Origin: the human T2T-CHM13v2.0 reference genome, Homo sapiens
DNA: 64,000 nucleotides
Assembly (NCBI RefSeq): GCF_009914755.1
Contig: NC_060938.1
Reading direction: 5' to 3' (one strand)
In this document: one piece after another, positions 1 through 22,044 of the stretch
Position numbering within the stretch: the stretch's first letter is position 1
Layout: every line of letters begins with the position of its first letter
Program-made: the position numbers and the translations under genes
The notes under the pieces: generated by a model
What the model saw: the letters and a program-made list of their open reading frames with translations, nothing else
The model's database searches: none
Told to the model about the DNA's origin: nothing

Positions 1-1401
1 TTGAGATAATAACTGTGGATAACAAAAATTCAGAACAGCCACAGTCAAAGATCTGATGAGAGTTTGTAACTAACAAAGAAATCTAGGTATTTCGGTAGCA
101 TATAACTAATTTCACATCATGACATATACCCCAACATATCCGAATTTTAGGAATCTTATACAATTTTGGAATAACTTTTAATAGCACATTTACACAAATA
201 TGGCTTAAAGGAAATTCAACAGCATTCCTTATTTGACAGTGCTTCCCATATTATTTACCAAATAAGCTTAATCATTTAAAATCTCTGTAAGATGAGAGAT
301 GCACCCTTTGAGGCTCTCCAGGGGGCCCACCTGTAAAATGTCAAAGTTAATTTTAGGCCAAGAAGCTTGATTTAGGATTTGGATCCTGGGAGAACCTACG
401 AAAGACATCAAAAAGTTCAAAGTACTTCCTTCAACAGAATCATAGGTCACTGCCAAATAGTAGTTACTCATTTAACCAGAGTGACAATCAAAAGACTTCA
501 AAAGCAATACAGAAAGTTACATGAATGTAAAAACCTTAACTCTTTTAAACCTCAGTCTTCCTAAGCAATCTTTGTTTCCTAGGCCAGTTACTTTGAGCAG
601 GGGAATACATTTAGTAACAGCATAGGAAGTCCTGGTTACATGAAATAATTCAGACATTTAAGGCCTGGTTACATGAAACAGTGCAGACATATAAAACTAC
701 AGAACCAATTTATACTGGGATAAAATATTGCTTTTCTAGACCTTCAAGATAAATCTGAAACCAGAGAAACTAGACAGTTCTCAGGAAGAAATGGGGCAGA
801 AAGAGAAACTTATTTGTAATTCAGAGAATGGCTATTAAAGAAACAGACTTCAGAATTAAAAATCAAAACCTCTTGCAATCTTACCAGGAGCAAATTGATG
901 TCTTAAGACACTCTTGTTATTTTAACATAGAGGGCCAAAATTATAAGTTCTGTGCTTTAATATCAACATTCACTGCCTAGAAAGACTTTTTAAAATTTCT
1001 TTTAATTATAGCCAACTTATTCACACCCCAAGTTTCTTTCTTAAAATTTCTATTTATTAACCTTTTCATGACTTACTCAGACCATCTATGACATGCTTAG
1101 ACTTTCTACCTTTCCCTATAATTCTCTTTCTTAAATAACCAGTCATTTTACTTTAGGACAAAGATTTACTACACATGATTCTTTCTTATACAATATTATT
1201 CTCTTTTCTTTATATCCATAACTTTCTTACGTCTCTCTCCCCTTACTATTAGTTCCTTTTTATCTTGTTTCTGTTTCCTTTCTAAATCCATATTGTGAAG
1301 CTTCTTTTAAATAACCTCCAAATTTGACAAAATAATTTTTTTCTCACTGAAGAACATATTTTATGTGTTTCTTATAATTTTTTCTTATTAAAAACACACC
1401 T

Positions 1402-1701
<300 letters not shown>

Positions 1702-1770
1702 AAGAAACACCTTTTGGCACAGTTCATTTGAAGAATTATAAATTAGAATTTTTAACTCTTAGTAACCTTA

Positions 1771-2199
<429 letters not shown>

Positions 2200-2802
2200 T
2201 TAGAGACCAAACATATTTAGTCTTTCTATTAAATTTAAGAAGTCAAGGAGAGACCTAATTTTGGTCCTTTCATGGCCACCATTTTGTCACCAAACCAATT
2301 GGGTCAGTTTGCCTGTGCACAATGGAAATCCAAACACCAGAGCACCAGGATTTTACATTGAGAAAGGTTTATTGTGAGTCAGCTAACAAGGAGACAGAAG
2401 GAAATGCTCAAATCCATCTCCCTGAACTGGGGGCTGGTCAGCTTTTATAAGCATAGGGTAATGAGGTGTGATCTTATTATATCTTGCAACGAGGTGATGC
2501 CAGGAAGCATGATCTGATTGGATCCTGCCATGGGGTATGCCAGGGCTCAATCTGATTGGATTCTGGATCCTGCCATGTGGTGTCCACCTCCTAATTCAGT
2601 ACTTACTTCTCAGTCTGAGCACTAGATTCTGTGTGGTCATTTGCTTGGTTTATCAGCAAGCCTTTATAGAAAGCCTACTATGTGTGATGAAGGTACTGGC
2701 CCAGGTGTTTTTCAGGTACATTAAATTCAATTCAGAGTCATTTGAAATGAATTGCCTTAACTGTGAAGTATTTTTTGTTCCTTGGAACCTTAATAGCAGT
2801 TC

Positions 2803-3186
<384 letters not shown>

Positions 3187-3307
3187 TTATTGGCACCAGT
3201 CATTTGATGTTCTCTGAAACCCAGAGACGTGTCAGTCTGCCGGTGCTAGGAGTTTTAGTGCCAAGAATGTAAAAGGAAAATGATCCTTCATCTTTTGGGG
3301 TAAGTTT

Positions 3308-3928
3308 TGTCAACCTGAAGTAATCAAAAGGATCAGAATCCAGTTTTAAAGAGTTTATTAACGTGAAAGGCTAGGAACGGCCATCCAGGAAACACAGACT
3401 CCAGAGAAATGGAGTCAGCACTCTGAAGTTAAAAGTTAAGGTCTTGCATATAGGAAGAAAACAAAGAAATTTAACAGGATCACAACATTTTCTATATAAG
3501 ACTGATTTATGAGTTATAACAATTTAGTTACAGTTCGTTTTCTTTTTCCCTATGGCTTGTTTTCTTTACAGCTGGTTTTCATTTCCTTTCCAATTTAAGA
3601 ATATATTTAATATTCTATCTTAAGACAATGTGATAGTCATGAAGTCATGAAGTCTTTGTATGAGAAAGGTTAAGAGGGAAGTTAATGTATAAGGAAAATC
3701 AACAGAGAAGAGGGAAGGAACCTTCCCTGACACCCTTTATTCATTTTACAAAACATTGAAACATTGTAGGTAAGGAAGAAGGCTAATCTGTAATCAGAGA
3801 AACAGAGTTATAGCTTTCTAGGTTACATTTGCCTGTCATGTGACTCAGGCCTCATGATCACATTTCTTTAAGGGCTCAAAATAATGTAAAGCTCCAGCAG
3901 CTTAGATTTTCAATTATTTTATTTCACA
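3308..3928 (-). mobile_element. ERV1-class solo LTR
   Basis: TG...CA termini with a 4-bp TSD gttt (3304-3307, 3929-3932). A tttatt near the left end is the minus-strand AATAAA. Confidence 0.7.
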
Positions 3929-4569
3929 GTTTCATAGATGGAGGTCATGGGTAGTCTCGGGGTAACTATTTTTCAAGCCAAAGAACCCTGTATTGAGAAT
4001 GAATTCATTATGTTCATCATTTCATCAGTCTATTAAAGTATGTCATTATGTCATTATCAAGTACATGTGTTTGGGAAATTAGGATTCCTAAAAAACAAAT
4101 CAACATATAATGTCAGATACTGAGGAATGTTTTGAAGAAAACACGATGTCAGGGAAGGAGAGAGTTTAATGGTTATGGGAATGCTATTTTATAAAGGCTA
4201 TACTGGCTTTTTTGCTATTGCTTGAATGTAGCAAATATATTCCTATTTTAGGGCCTTTGCACTTATTATGGCTTCTGGCTGGAGTTCTTGCCTTCAGATA
4301 TTTGCATCAGTTGTTTTCTCAGTTTATTCAGGAGTCTGACCACCCTGTCTAAAGTAGCACCTTCCACCATTCAATTCTTTCTCCTTACTCTACACCGTCT
4401 GACCTTGGGGACCAAAGAGATTCAAATAAATTCTTTGATAAATCCTTTGCTGTCTGAACTCTTCATACTTGCTATCTGAAATTTGGTAATTGAAGAGATT
4501 TTCTAAAATATTTATTCTTATTTGATCTGGATATCTAAATCAGGGACCAAATAATTTTGTATAGTAAGG

Positions 4570-4881
4570 CAGGGGTTCCCAACCCTTAGCCCACAGACCA
4601 GTACCAGACCATGGTCTGTTAGGAACTGACTGCACAGCAAGAGGTGAACAATGGGTTAGTGAATGAAGCTGAGCTCTGCCTCCTGTCAGATCAGCAGTGG
4701 CATTAGATTCTCATATGAGCACGGACCCTATTGTGAGGGATCTAGGTTGCACACTCCTTGTGAAAATCTAATGATAAATGTAAATCGCTTGAATCATCCT
4801 GAAACTGTCCCCTGCTCCCATCCATGGAAAAATTGTCTTCCACAAAATGGTCCCTGGTGCCAAAAAGGTTGTGGACTGCTG
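4570..4881. mobile_element. MER1B-like hAT-Charlie MITE inserted in an L2 remnant
   Basis: Termini caggggttcccaacc / ggttgtggactgctg with a perfect 8-bp TSD tagtaagg (4562-4569, 4882-4889). Confidence 0.85.
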
Positions 4882-5163
4882 TAGTAAGGGATACCTGTAG
4901 TTTTCTTCACAGCACTTATTACTTCCTGATTTGTTTGTCTGTCTATCTGTCTATCTATCTTTCTGCATGTCTCCTTCACTAAATTGTCAGTTCCATCATG
5001 GTTGTGATTTTATTATGTTTATTGCTCTATTACCATCACCTGGAACAATGGCTGGCACCCAGTCAATTCTCAATTCATGTGTGTTGAATAGATGTGTTGA
5101 CATATGAATGAATCTGTTTGACCCAATATCATCTACACTTTTTATTTTAAAAGTATGATTATA

Positions 5164-5480
<317 letters not shown>

Positions 5481-7066
5481 TTATATGGAAAGGACATATT
5501 ACATGTTATTAAGTTTTAAGGAGCACAATATGAAATTATATACAGTTTCCACTTAGGTTTAAAAAAATCAAGTCTTTGCATGTGTTCATTTAGCCATTCA
5601 TTCCTTGAAAGAAAACGTCTTGAGCGTCTCCTGTTACCGTTTTATAGGAAGACAGATCATGAAACAACAGTAAATGAATGATAACCTTCTCTTCACTCAC
5701 TGCTCTCTAGCCATATTGATCTTTCAATTTCTCAAAGTTAGCAAGCTCTTTTCTGTGCACATTTTACTGTCTTCACAGGGCTTCTTGTATTATAAAGCTG
5801 GTGATTATGTATTTATGAGGATAGTTATCTGCCTGATATCTCTGTCTCTGTATTGTAACTTCTGTGAGGGCAGGAATCATGATACCATTTAATCGTCAAT
5901 ACCTAGCTCAATGCCCAATACATAGTAGGTATTCAGTAAACATTTCTTGGGCAAATGAATGAACAGGTGATTAGGGGAAGTATGTAGTAGAAACACTTTA
6001 ATGAGAGTTAGTGGAGCTTTCCCCAAAGAAATGAATTTTAAGCTGGGATCTGAAGAATGAGGAGAAATTAGGAAGTGAAGAAGAACAGGCAGAGTGTTCT
6101 GGAGCTTAAGCTTAGATATTATCCTAAAGGCAAGAGAAGAGTTTTAAACAAAATGTAGCACTATCAAACTTCCATTTTTCAGTGTTGTTAGGAACAGACT
6201 AGATAGGCAGTGCTGGAGCCAGAGAGGCTGGTTGGGAGGCTTTAATAATAACAGATGGTGGTGGCCTCACTTGGGTTCTTGGCAGTGGAGAAAGAGAGAA
6301 GTGGGTGTGTTTGAGAGATTTTTAGAAGGCAGAATAACTGATTGGGGATAGTGAAGGAAAAGGAAGAGTTATTGTCATTCCACGTTTCTGCTTTACAATT
6401 GAGAAGATCCTTGGGCCATTAATAGAGACTAGGGACTCAGAAGGAAGAAGTATCTGAGGAGTAAAGAACCTGAGGTACCCTTGAGACCTATCTAAATGAA
6501 GGCTGAGCAGTAAGGACTTGGTTATATAGGTGAATATTCGGGGTATAAATAAATGCCTTGAAAGAAAGAATCAAAATGTTAATAATATTGGGACTCAAGT
6601 TATATTAAATTTTTTATTATTAAGTTTTGGGTTTCATTATTAGTGTATTTTTGTGAAGGAAATATAATAAACTTAAAAAAATTATATTAGCATGGGAAAT
6701 GCAAAATTTAAAAAAAGGTGACAAAAAGCTAATATCTTCTTTAGGCAAAATGTGGGCTACACCCAGTAAAAATAAGTGAATGGTCCTGAATAGAAGCCTA
6801 CTGAGAAGTGAGTTCAACATTAACGTGTGTGTATGCGGATGAGTCATCTGGAAATTTAAACTTGCCATTCAAAGAAGGCCTCCTAGTGGAAGGGCCTGTC
6901 ATTTATTCATCCATGTATCCTTAGGACTCAGCACAGTGCCTTGTACCTAGCAATGGCTCAAGCGATAGCTATGATTTTATATTTGTTATTAACACATTAA
7001 TTTTGTTTACATCACTATTCAACATTGAATTTTTATACAATGATATAATCTATGTCATCTTTTTAG

Positions 7067-7276
<210 letters not shown>

Positions 7277-7357
7277 TAAATTTTTCATTAGAGATCAGAA
7301 GCATAAATTATTCAAAATATTACCAGAATAAGTATATTTATAAAACCATGAGACTTT

Positions 7358-8161
7358 TGTTACTAGGAAGAGTGAAGTCTGTGGTTCTTGTTCTTGGGAG
7401 AAAGAATTTGTCCAAGAGACAATTTTAGCAAAAAGAACAGAGAATTTATTGAAGAAAGTACATGCCAAGAAAGGAGCAGGCTGGAAAAACAGCAGTAGTA
7501 GCAGCAAGGGTTCAGTAGTAGCAGCAAGGGTTAAGTAGTAGCAGAGACAGTATGCTCTGAAAGAGGAGGCAGAATGGGCTGCTGGAAAGAAAATGAGCCA
7601 GCAGCCCTGAGAGTTCAACATTGCAGTTTTCATTGTGTTGGACTCTTTCTTTAAGTTCCTGCCTGTCTCAAGTCTCTGCCATTGTCTTTGGCTAGTTTCC
7701 CACTTCTGCTTTAAGTCCCTACCTTGTCCCTGACTAGTTCTTGCCACAGTTTTGTAGGATTCTCTTACTCTGAGTTGATGCACATGTGTGTGCCCAGTGT
7801 TGGATATGAAGTCTACTTAATGGCATTGTTGCTCCTTACCGCCACCCCAGGAAGGTGGTAAAGTGGTTAAATCTGTACTTACTGTGCCTGTGTATCTCTT
7901 AGGAATTTCCCCTTTGCCCTCTTTCTCTTCATATCAGCATGTACCTAGCTACATTCTGACAGGTTAACTGTAGAGTGAGCAATTACTGGGCATCTTAAGG
8001 GGTATTTCAGGATGTTCCTTTCTGCATAGGTATTTCCCCTCCTCTCTGTTCATACCTAGCATGCAGGTTTTGGGTAGTCTCTGGGATGTGAGATTTTCTA
8101 GTCCTCCTTTTCTCAGGGGCTCTCTCTCCTGCTCATGTCTAGCTATCTGTCTGCTCTAACA
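7358..8161 (-). mobile_element. ERV1-class solo LTR ~200 nt downstream of the exon donor
   Basis: TG...CA termini, 4-bp TSD cttt/cttc, tttatt at 7445-7450, and an internal 20-nt tandem repeat cagtagtagcagcaagggtt (7493-7544). Confidence 0.7.
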
Positions 8162-8331
8162 CTTCACAGAGGTGGTAGTATAAATCTGTGTTCTAGAAAA
8201 GCAGTAGCATTTAAGTATTTTTTAGGCAGAACATGACTGGTTCACTGCTGTGCAGCATTTATACTACTGGTACATGACAGGCACTCGGTAAATATTTATT
8301 GAGTGAACACTGGATAAGAATAAATATTAGG

Positions 8332-8698
<367 letters not shown>

Positions 8699-9819
8699 CT
8701 AATTAATATTAAAGTCAAGAAAGCAATAAACATAGCTTATATCAAATACATACTACTTCAATATGGTAATGCATATCTGTTTTATGATACGAAATTTAAA
8801 TATTAGTACAGTAGTTACCCTTTATTTTGAATCTGTTTCTGAAGATTTTCCTAGATTCCACTAAAGAATAGTTGCAAATCTATAAATAAAAGATTTCTGG
8901 GAAAATAATGGAATTTTAAAGTATCTTTGCTAATTAGTTATATACTGATTACCAAACAATATCATTGATATTTAATGATCAAAAGTTTAGAATCTAAGTT
9001 TTTGACAAAATATACGTGTTGTTTGGAAATATCAGTATAGCCTCATTAATAGAGATACTTTTGCTGTTTTAACATATTTGTAATCTTAATTGAGTCTGAG
9101 ACTTTTTCTTTGATAAGGCAGGCTGTAAAATATGAGATGGGAGTAAAATGATATATGAAAATAATTCATTTTTTCATACTGTGATTTTTCTTTTTTTTTT
9201 TTGTCTTTTTCCTTTTTAAGGTATTTATAGTTTTAGGATCTTTTATATTTACAAATTTTAAGAATATTTACCAAATGTTCATTTTAAAAAAATGTGCTTC
9301 TGATACCTTGGAATGCCTTTTGCAAGCATACAAAATACTTGCATTATTCATATAGATAATACATTAGTAAAATTGGGCTAAATTCTCATTTATGTCTTGA
9401 GTAGTGACTTGGCACCTTGAAAAAGTTTAATTTACCTCACACAGATAAACTGATGTTGCCTAAGCAGTTTTTTTCTCCACTTACTTTTCTTTAAGCCCCT
9501 TTGGACAAGATTTATGATTAAATTACCCTATTTTAGTTTGTATTTATACTCTAACACCAGCATTGCATATAGATAGAGGTTGAGATTTTCTTCCCCATTC
9601 TTTCTTACATCCTAACATTTAACCAGTATATTTCCTTTTTCCTTTCCTCTGATGAAGAGTCTGCCATGTAATAGGCAGTTAATATTACATGAGAGTAAGA
9701 CATAGTCTTTTTTTTGTTGTGGTGGTGAAATGTGCAGAACAGTTAAGTAGTACTAATAATATATTGGCATTGTTGTGCAGCCATCACTACTGTCCATCAC
9801 CAGAGCCTTCATCTTCTCA

Positions 9820-10202
<383 letters not shown>

Positions 10203-10272
10203 CTATTCTTAATTTATTTTTTACATTAAAGGAAGACCAAGCAAGAAAATATATTTTGAAAGATTGCATTAA

Positions 10273-10585
10273 TGCCAGATGTAGTGGCTCATGCCTGTAA
10301 TCCCAGCACTTTAGGAGGCCGAGGCAGGAGGATCACTTGAGCCCAGGAGTTCAAGACCATCCTGGGCAATATAGTGAGACCCTATCTGTACAAAAGAATA
10401 TTAAACAAAAAAAGTTAGCTGGGAGTGGTGACGTGCACTTGTGGTCCCAGCTACTTAGGAGGCCGAGGCAGGAAGATCACTTGAGCCCTGGAGGTCGAGG
10501 ATGCAGTGAGCTGTGTTCATGCTATTGCACTCCAAACTGGGTGATAGAATAAGACCCTGTCTCAAAAATAAATAAAAATGAAAAA
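10273..10585 (+). mobile_element. AluJ
   Basis: Diverged dimeric Alu. Confidence 0.88.
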
Positions 10586-13120
10586 AGATTTAAACAAACC
10601 TAAAATTTATTTTATGATTTATTAATAAACCATTATATCAATAAATTTTGATTCATATGCAAGGTAAATGCCTAGCACTATAGAGAAGAAAAGGATAAGT
10701 AAGTCTATTCCCTAGACAAGAGTTCCTTACCTTTTTTGACTTTCAAAGTTTTTATGAGAATTTGATGAAAACTCTGGATTTTCTCCAGGAAAATATATTT
10801 ATATATGGTATACAGAAACACTAATTTTGTATATAAATTTAGGAAGTTTACACTCCTCAGGTTAAAAGCCCCAGCTCTAAGAGATAGAGCATGGTGAGGA
10901 GCAGGAGAGAGTGGCTGGTAAGAAAAGGACATGTATGACTGTAATCCACAGTATGAGAAGTGCTTATGAGACATCTAAACCCAGGCTATGGGGTTTCAAA
11001 GGAAGAGAATGTGAGATTAAGGGGAATACGAAACACTTCATGGAAGTGGACCTTGAAGAATAAATATGATACATTGTAGAACATTCAGGATTGCTCCATA
11101 CCTTGCTTTCTTTGCTTGTTCTTTAATAATTTAATCAATAAAAAGCACTAATTCTTTATGGACAGTAGATTTCTGTATGAAATGGTACCGCGGCGATTGC
11201 CTGTTAATAATAAACTGCCATTGGATGACAGTCTTCCATATATTAATTTTCAAATTTAATTCTTACAGGTGTTATATGATTTCTATTTTCTTAAATCTCA
11301 GAAGGGTTTAGTGGCTTTCATAAGATAACACAATTACAGTAGATCATAGCTAAGTTTCATATTCATTTTGACAGAGTTTAAAGCTTATGCTGTTGACCTC
11401 TATATCAAACTGGCCTAATGTAAAACCCAACAATATTTGACTCATTAATTTTTCTGAGTTTAGCCCTAATCCATTAAAATTCACTTAGGTTGAAATTATT
11501 CTAATCTAGGTAATCCCTGATAAAAAAATAAATTTATCTGTGAATATGCCTAAATTTGTGCACCCCGATGGGATGAATATCCAACTCGTTATCTGGATTG
11601 GTGCTTACTACATTCAGTAATTTTTTTGAGTCCTGAAAGACTACTTTGGGCCTCTTTAACTCACACATTCCAGGAGAATTCTGGAAGTAGTCTAGAAGCA
11701 GTTTTCTTCATCTTTTAGGAGTATAGCCCCAAGTGATTCTTGAAGAGACCAGTATTATCTTTGTGCTGATTCATATACCAGCCTTGAACATATGGCCCAT
11801 TTTCAGACACCCTGGCTGTCTGTATAGAGTTGTAGCAGTCAGTGTTAGTACATTCATGTTGTGGTTATTAAGTCAGTATTAAAATGGATAACAATGAAAG
11901 ACTAGATTTCCTACACTGAAGTTGTATTAATTTGAATTAATTTTATAATTATAAAAAATAGCAGCAAGGAAATGCAGATAAACAAAAAAAGAAAAAAAAA
12001 GTAGCAAACAATAAAAATGTCCTACCAAAAAGGATGTTGAAGGGAATTTGGGGAGCATGTGATTGTGTCTATGTGTGTGTTAAAGCCTTAGTTCCTGAGG
12101 TTTGGGTTTATTCAGGCCAGTGTCATTTCACAGATAGCATATCTAAAAAGGTACCAAAAATGATTCAGCTCCCAAGATTTAGAGGGAATGGCACCAACCA
12201 AAGAATTGCTGGCCTGGCTGAATCATGACTTTCATAAATTTACAGAACCTGTAACAGCCTGTCAAAATCATGTCTGCTCTTTCAGACTTAGCTAAATTGT
12301 ATGTTCTCTAATTATAAACCCAGTTTTTCTTTCCTTATCATTGACTTTAGAACTCTTTTAAGATACTCTGTGTTCTTCTCCCTTTTCTTATGTCCCATAT
12401 CCCATAAACAACATAAGCTCTTTAGATTCTCATTTGAATATCCTTGTAATTTGATCTCTCTCTCCTTCCCAGTAAACACCTTCATATAATTTGGGATCCC
12501 TCTAGAAAAAAACCCTTTGTACTCACTACTCCCACCTTCCTTTTACTTTCCAGAATATGTCTTTACAGCACAGTTGATCCTCACTTAGAATGCCTTTCCT
12601 CCCCAGTCAGTGAGTACTCAAATCCTGTGTAATCTTTAAAAGCTATTTAGCTCAAATGTCTACTCCCCGCCATCTTCCCCAAACCCGCATTTAGGAATCA
12701 CTTCCCCCTCTTTGGAAATCACATAGCATAATATTTGGATTATTCCTATAGCACTTCTGATGTTCTTCATTCAAAACCTGCATACCTATGTTATCTTCTC
12801 CAGCAGACTGTTAACTTCCTGGAGGGCTAGGCTGTTTTTCTTTCATCTTTGCATTTCTCAGGGTGCCAAACTCAGTGCCTTTCTGCAGCTACTCAGGAAA
12901 TGTTGAATCAATGAATGAGTGTTTTATCTGTGACTGTATTATCTTTCCAACTAGGCTGGAAGCTGCTTGAATGCAAAAATTTTTTCCTATTTATCATAGT
13001 ATCTTTTAAAGTACCTTGGCCTATAGCTTATGCAATTAATATTAACTGAGTCAATGACAAAGCTAGTCTGACTAGCTATTACTGTTTATGTAGAAGGATT
13101 TGTGCCCCCTTATCTTTCTT

Positions 13121-17412
<4,292 letters not shown>

Positions 17413-17805
17413 TTGTGCCCCCTTATCTTTCTTACCATCCTGCTGATTCATTCCTATGAGTGCCTCACCCTGACTGCTTCTCACCCAAGTGTTTTTTCTG
17501 TGTATATGTTAAAGGAAGCATTTTTCAAGGAAACGTGCATTTTATTTTATTTCCCCTCTGAGAGAAAACTACTTTCATTTTAGGTATTTATTTATGGTTT
17601 TTTTTTTTTTTTTTTTTCTGTGCTGTATATAATATCCATGTGGTCAGTTGATGCCTTTTAGTATTCCCTTTGTTTTAGTGTGTGGGATAGTAGTGTGCAT
17701 GTGGGCATTTGCTATTTGATTACTTGCAGGCTCTATATTAAATTACTAATGAGAATAATTAGTATTGTTCCATTGTAATACAGTAATTAGAAATTATCTT
17801 ATTTA

Positions 17806-18724
<919 letters not shown>

Positions 18725-18784
18725 AATTAGCAACTCTTTGTATATGCTCCATCTTGTTACATAAAATGGATAACAACCTCATTA

Positions 18785-19944
18785 CAGGTACACCTTGGGA
18801 ATATTACAGGTTTGGTTCCAGGCCACCTCAATAAAGCAAGTATCGTAATCAAGCAAGTTGCATGAACTTTTTGGTTTCTCAGTACATACAAAACTTACAT
18901 TTACACTATACAGTAGTCTGTGAAGTGTATACAACATTATGTCTTTAAAAATATACATTCCTTAAATATTTTATTGCTAAAAATGCTAACAGTCATTCAA
19001 GCCTTTATCAGGTCATGCTCTTTTTGCTGGCAGAGTGTCTTTCCTTCGTGATTGTGGCCACTGAGTGATCAGGGTGGCAGTTGCTGCCGGTTGGAGTGGC
19101 TGCGACATTTTCTTAAAATAAGACAACAAAGAAGTTTGCTGCATCAACTGACTCTTCCTTTCAGGAAAGATAGCATGTGATGCTGTTTGATAGCATTTAA
19201 CCCATAGTAGAATATCTTTCAAAATTGTCTTCAGTCTTCTCAAGCCATGCTTCTGTTTTATCAACTAAGTGTGTGTAATATTCTAAATCCTTTGTTGTCA
19301 TTTCAACAGTGTTCACAGTATCATCACCAGAAGTAGATTCCATCTCAGTAAACCACTTTCTTTGCTAATTCATAAGGAGCAATTCCTTATCTGTTCAGGT
19401 TTGATAATGAGATTTCAGCAATTCAATCACATCTTCAGATCCCACTTCTAATTCTAATAATTCTCTTGCTGTTTCCACCACATCTGCAGTTATTTCCTCC
19501 ACTGAAATCTTGAACCCCCAAAAGTCATCTGTGAGGGCTGGAATCAACTTCTTCCAAACTCCTGTTCATCTTGATATTTTGACCCCTGCCCATGAATCAC
19601 AAATGTTATTTGGTACAGTGAGAATACATACAACATAATATCGATTAGGATTGCCATCCTATTATATGGGTGTGGTTTGTGGCACCCCACAACAATTATA
19701 ATAGTAACATCAAAGATCACTGATCACAGATCACCATAACAGATATAACCTTAATGAAAAAGTTTGAAATATTGCAAGAATTACCAAAATGTGACACACA
19801 ACCACAAAATGTGTCTATGCTGTTGGAAAAATGGCACGGGTAGACTTGCTTGACACAGGTTTGCTACAAACCTTCAATTTGTAAAAAATGCAGCATCTTT
19901 GAAGTGCAGTAAAGTGAAGTGCAATAAAATGAGGTATGACCATG
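18785..19944 (-). mobile_element. Tigger1 (TcMar) DNA transposon, internally deleted
   Basis: TA flanks at both ends. Ends caggtacacctt... and ...gaggtatgaccatg. Transposase C-terminal remnant ERKSQLMQQTSLLSYFKK (19013-19264). Confidence 0.85.
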
Positions 19945-20165
19945 TAAGAAGAAACTTTAAATTAAAAAAGAACTTCTTACTTGTGTTAAATATTTTTCCT
20001 TCTTTGTTTCAACTGAAGTGCTGTGTATGATATCTGAAGACTGTCTCAATTTGACTTCAACTCTTGGAATTAAGTAAAGACTTCATGCTTCATATGAAAT
20101 ATGTGAAGCATGTTTTCTCTTTTTAAGGATTGGAGAGTTTTAGTAATTTATTTATATTAAAGTGC

Positions 20166-20690
20166 TGTATTAGTCAGAGTCCTAGCAGGAAACAGACGGC
20201 AAACCTTAAAATGAATTAATAAAACAAAGTTTAATGAAGCAACTAGTTACAAAGGAGTGAGCAGCATTAAGGAAACCAACCAGAGATGGTGACATACCTA
20301 GGGACTAGTGACAGTACAAGTTGTTATTGCCCTTCCACTGGAAAGGGCAAGGGAGTGAACTGTCTTAGTGGAACTTGGAGCCTGCTGGAGCCATGGAAAA
20401 GGGGCTGCCTGATAGAAGAAGCTATGGCTCTTGCCAGAACTGCTACAAGGCAGGAAGGAGTGGTGGGTGAGGTAGGTAATAAAACTTCAAATTCTTTCTC
20501 CTCCCACAGTCTCATCTCCTTTTGTCCCTCCTGATAGTGGATCCCCATTGAGAGCCAGAAGGCAAGGAAACTTAGGTGATACAGTCCACAGAGGTCAACT
20601 CTTGGGGGACTGATCAGGGCAGAGGGCATTTGGGCAGAGTTTGAGGGGCACAGAGGGAGACTACAGCAAGTGGAATAACTAACACAACAT
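20166..20690. mobile_element. ERVL/MaLR-class LTR remnant
   Basis: Begins tgtattagtcagagtcctagcaggaaacaga, a typical ERVL/MaLR LTR terminus. Confidence 0.55.
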
Positions 20691-21284
20691 TGCTCCTTCA
20701 TGGTTATAATTGTGAATTAACAGCTTGAGATAGATGAAGTACAAAGAAAGAGGACAGAATTTCTGCCCTCTAAAAGATTGTAAGCTAATTTAGACACCAG
20801 TAGTACAGTCAAATTAGTGAAAATTGATACTATCACAAAGCAAAATTATACTGTCATTAAACCTACAAACAGAATATTTATGTTGTAGATGAGCAGTGAT
20901 GCAAGCATATTTTGTGTAATGGGGAGTAATAGATGGAAGAGTTTATTTTGATAGGTTAGTTAGAAAAAAGTTCCCCTTCACTTTATTAAGTAAAGATTGA
21001 TATAGGAATGAAACTTTTGGAAATTGTTCTTATAATAGAAGGGACAAAGACTGAGCAACTGAGAGGGAAGCTATCATGATCCCTTCTTTGTTCCCTCTGT
21101 TTTCTTCCAGGGAACAGCAGAAGTGGTACAGGACACAGCTAGACAGTCCTAGTGTAAATCCTGTTTTGATTTCTTATCTCCTGGAGAGAGAGAAGCCACT
21201 GTGTATGACAGTAGTCAGCTACTTAATATGTTGAATATTCATGGGCTCAAGAAAAGTTGCCCTAACAGTTTGGTGTGATACCAT

Positions 21285-22044
<760 letters not shown>

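Noticed and set aside
631-692. 33-nt-period duplication cctggttacatgaaa...cagacat
   Set aside because: Two-copy slippage inside ERV-like sequence; not a CRISPR-like array.
7295-7783. 162-aa minus-strand ORF
   Set aside because: Lies inside a solo LTR, has no recognisable domain, and is extended by a tandem repeat.
20084-20112. 12-bp hairpin catgcttcatat/atgtgaagcatg
   Set aside because: Too short for a pre-miRNA and expected by chance in 64 kb of AT-rich DNA.
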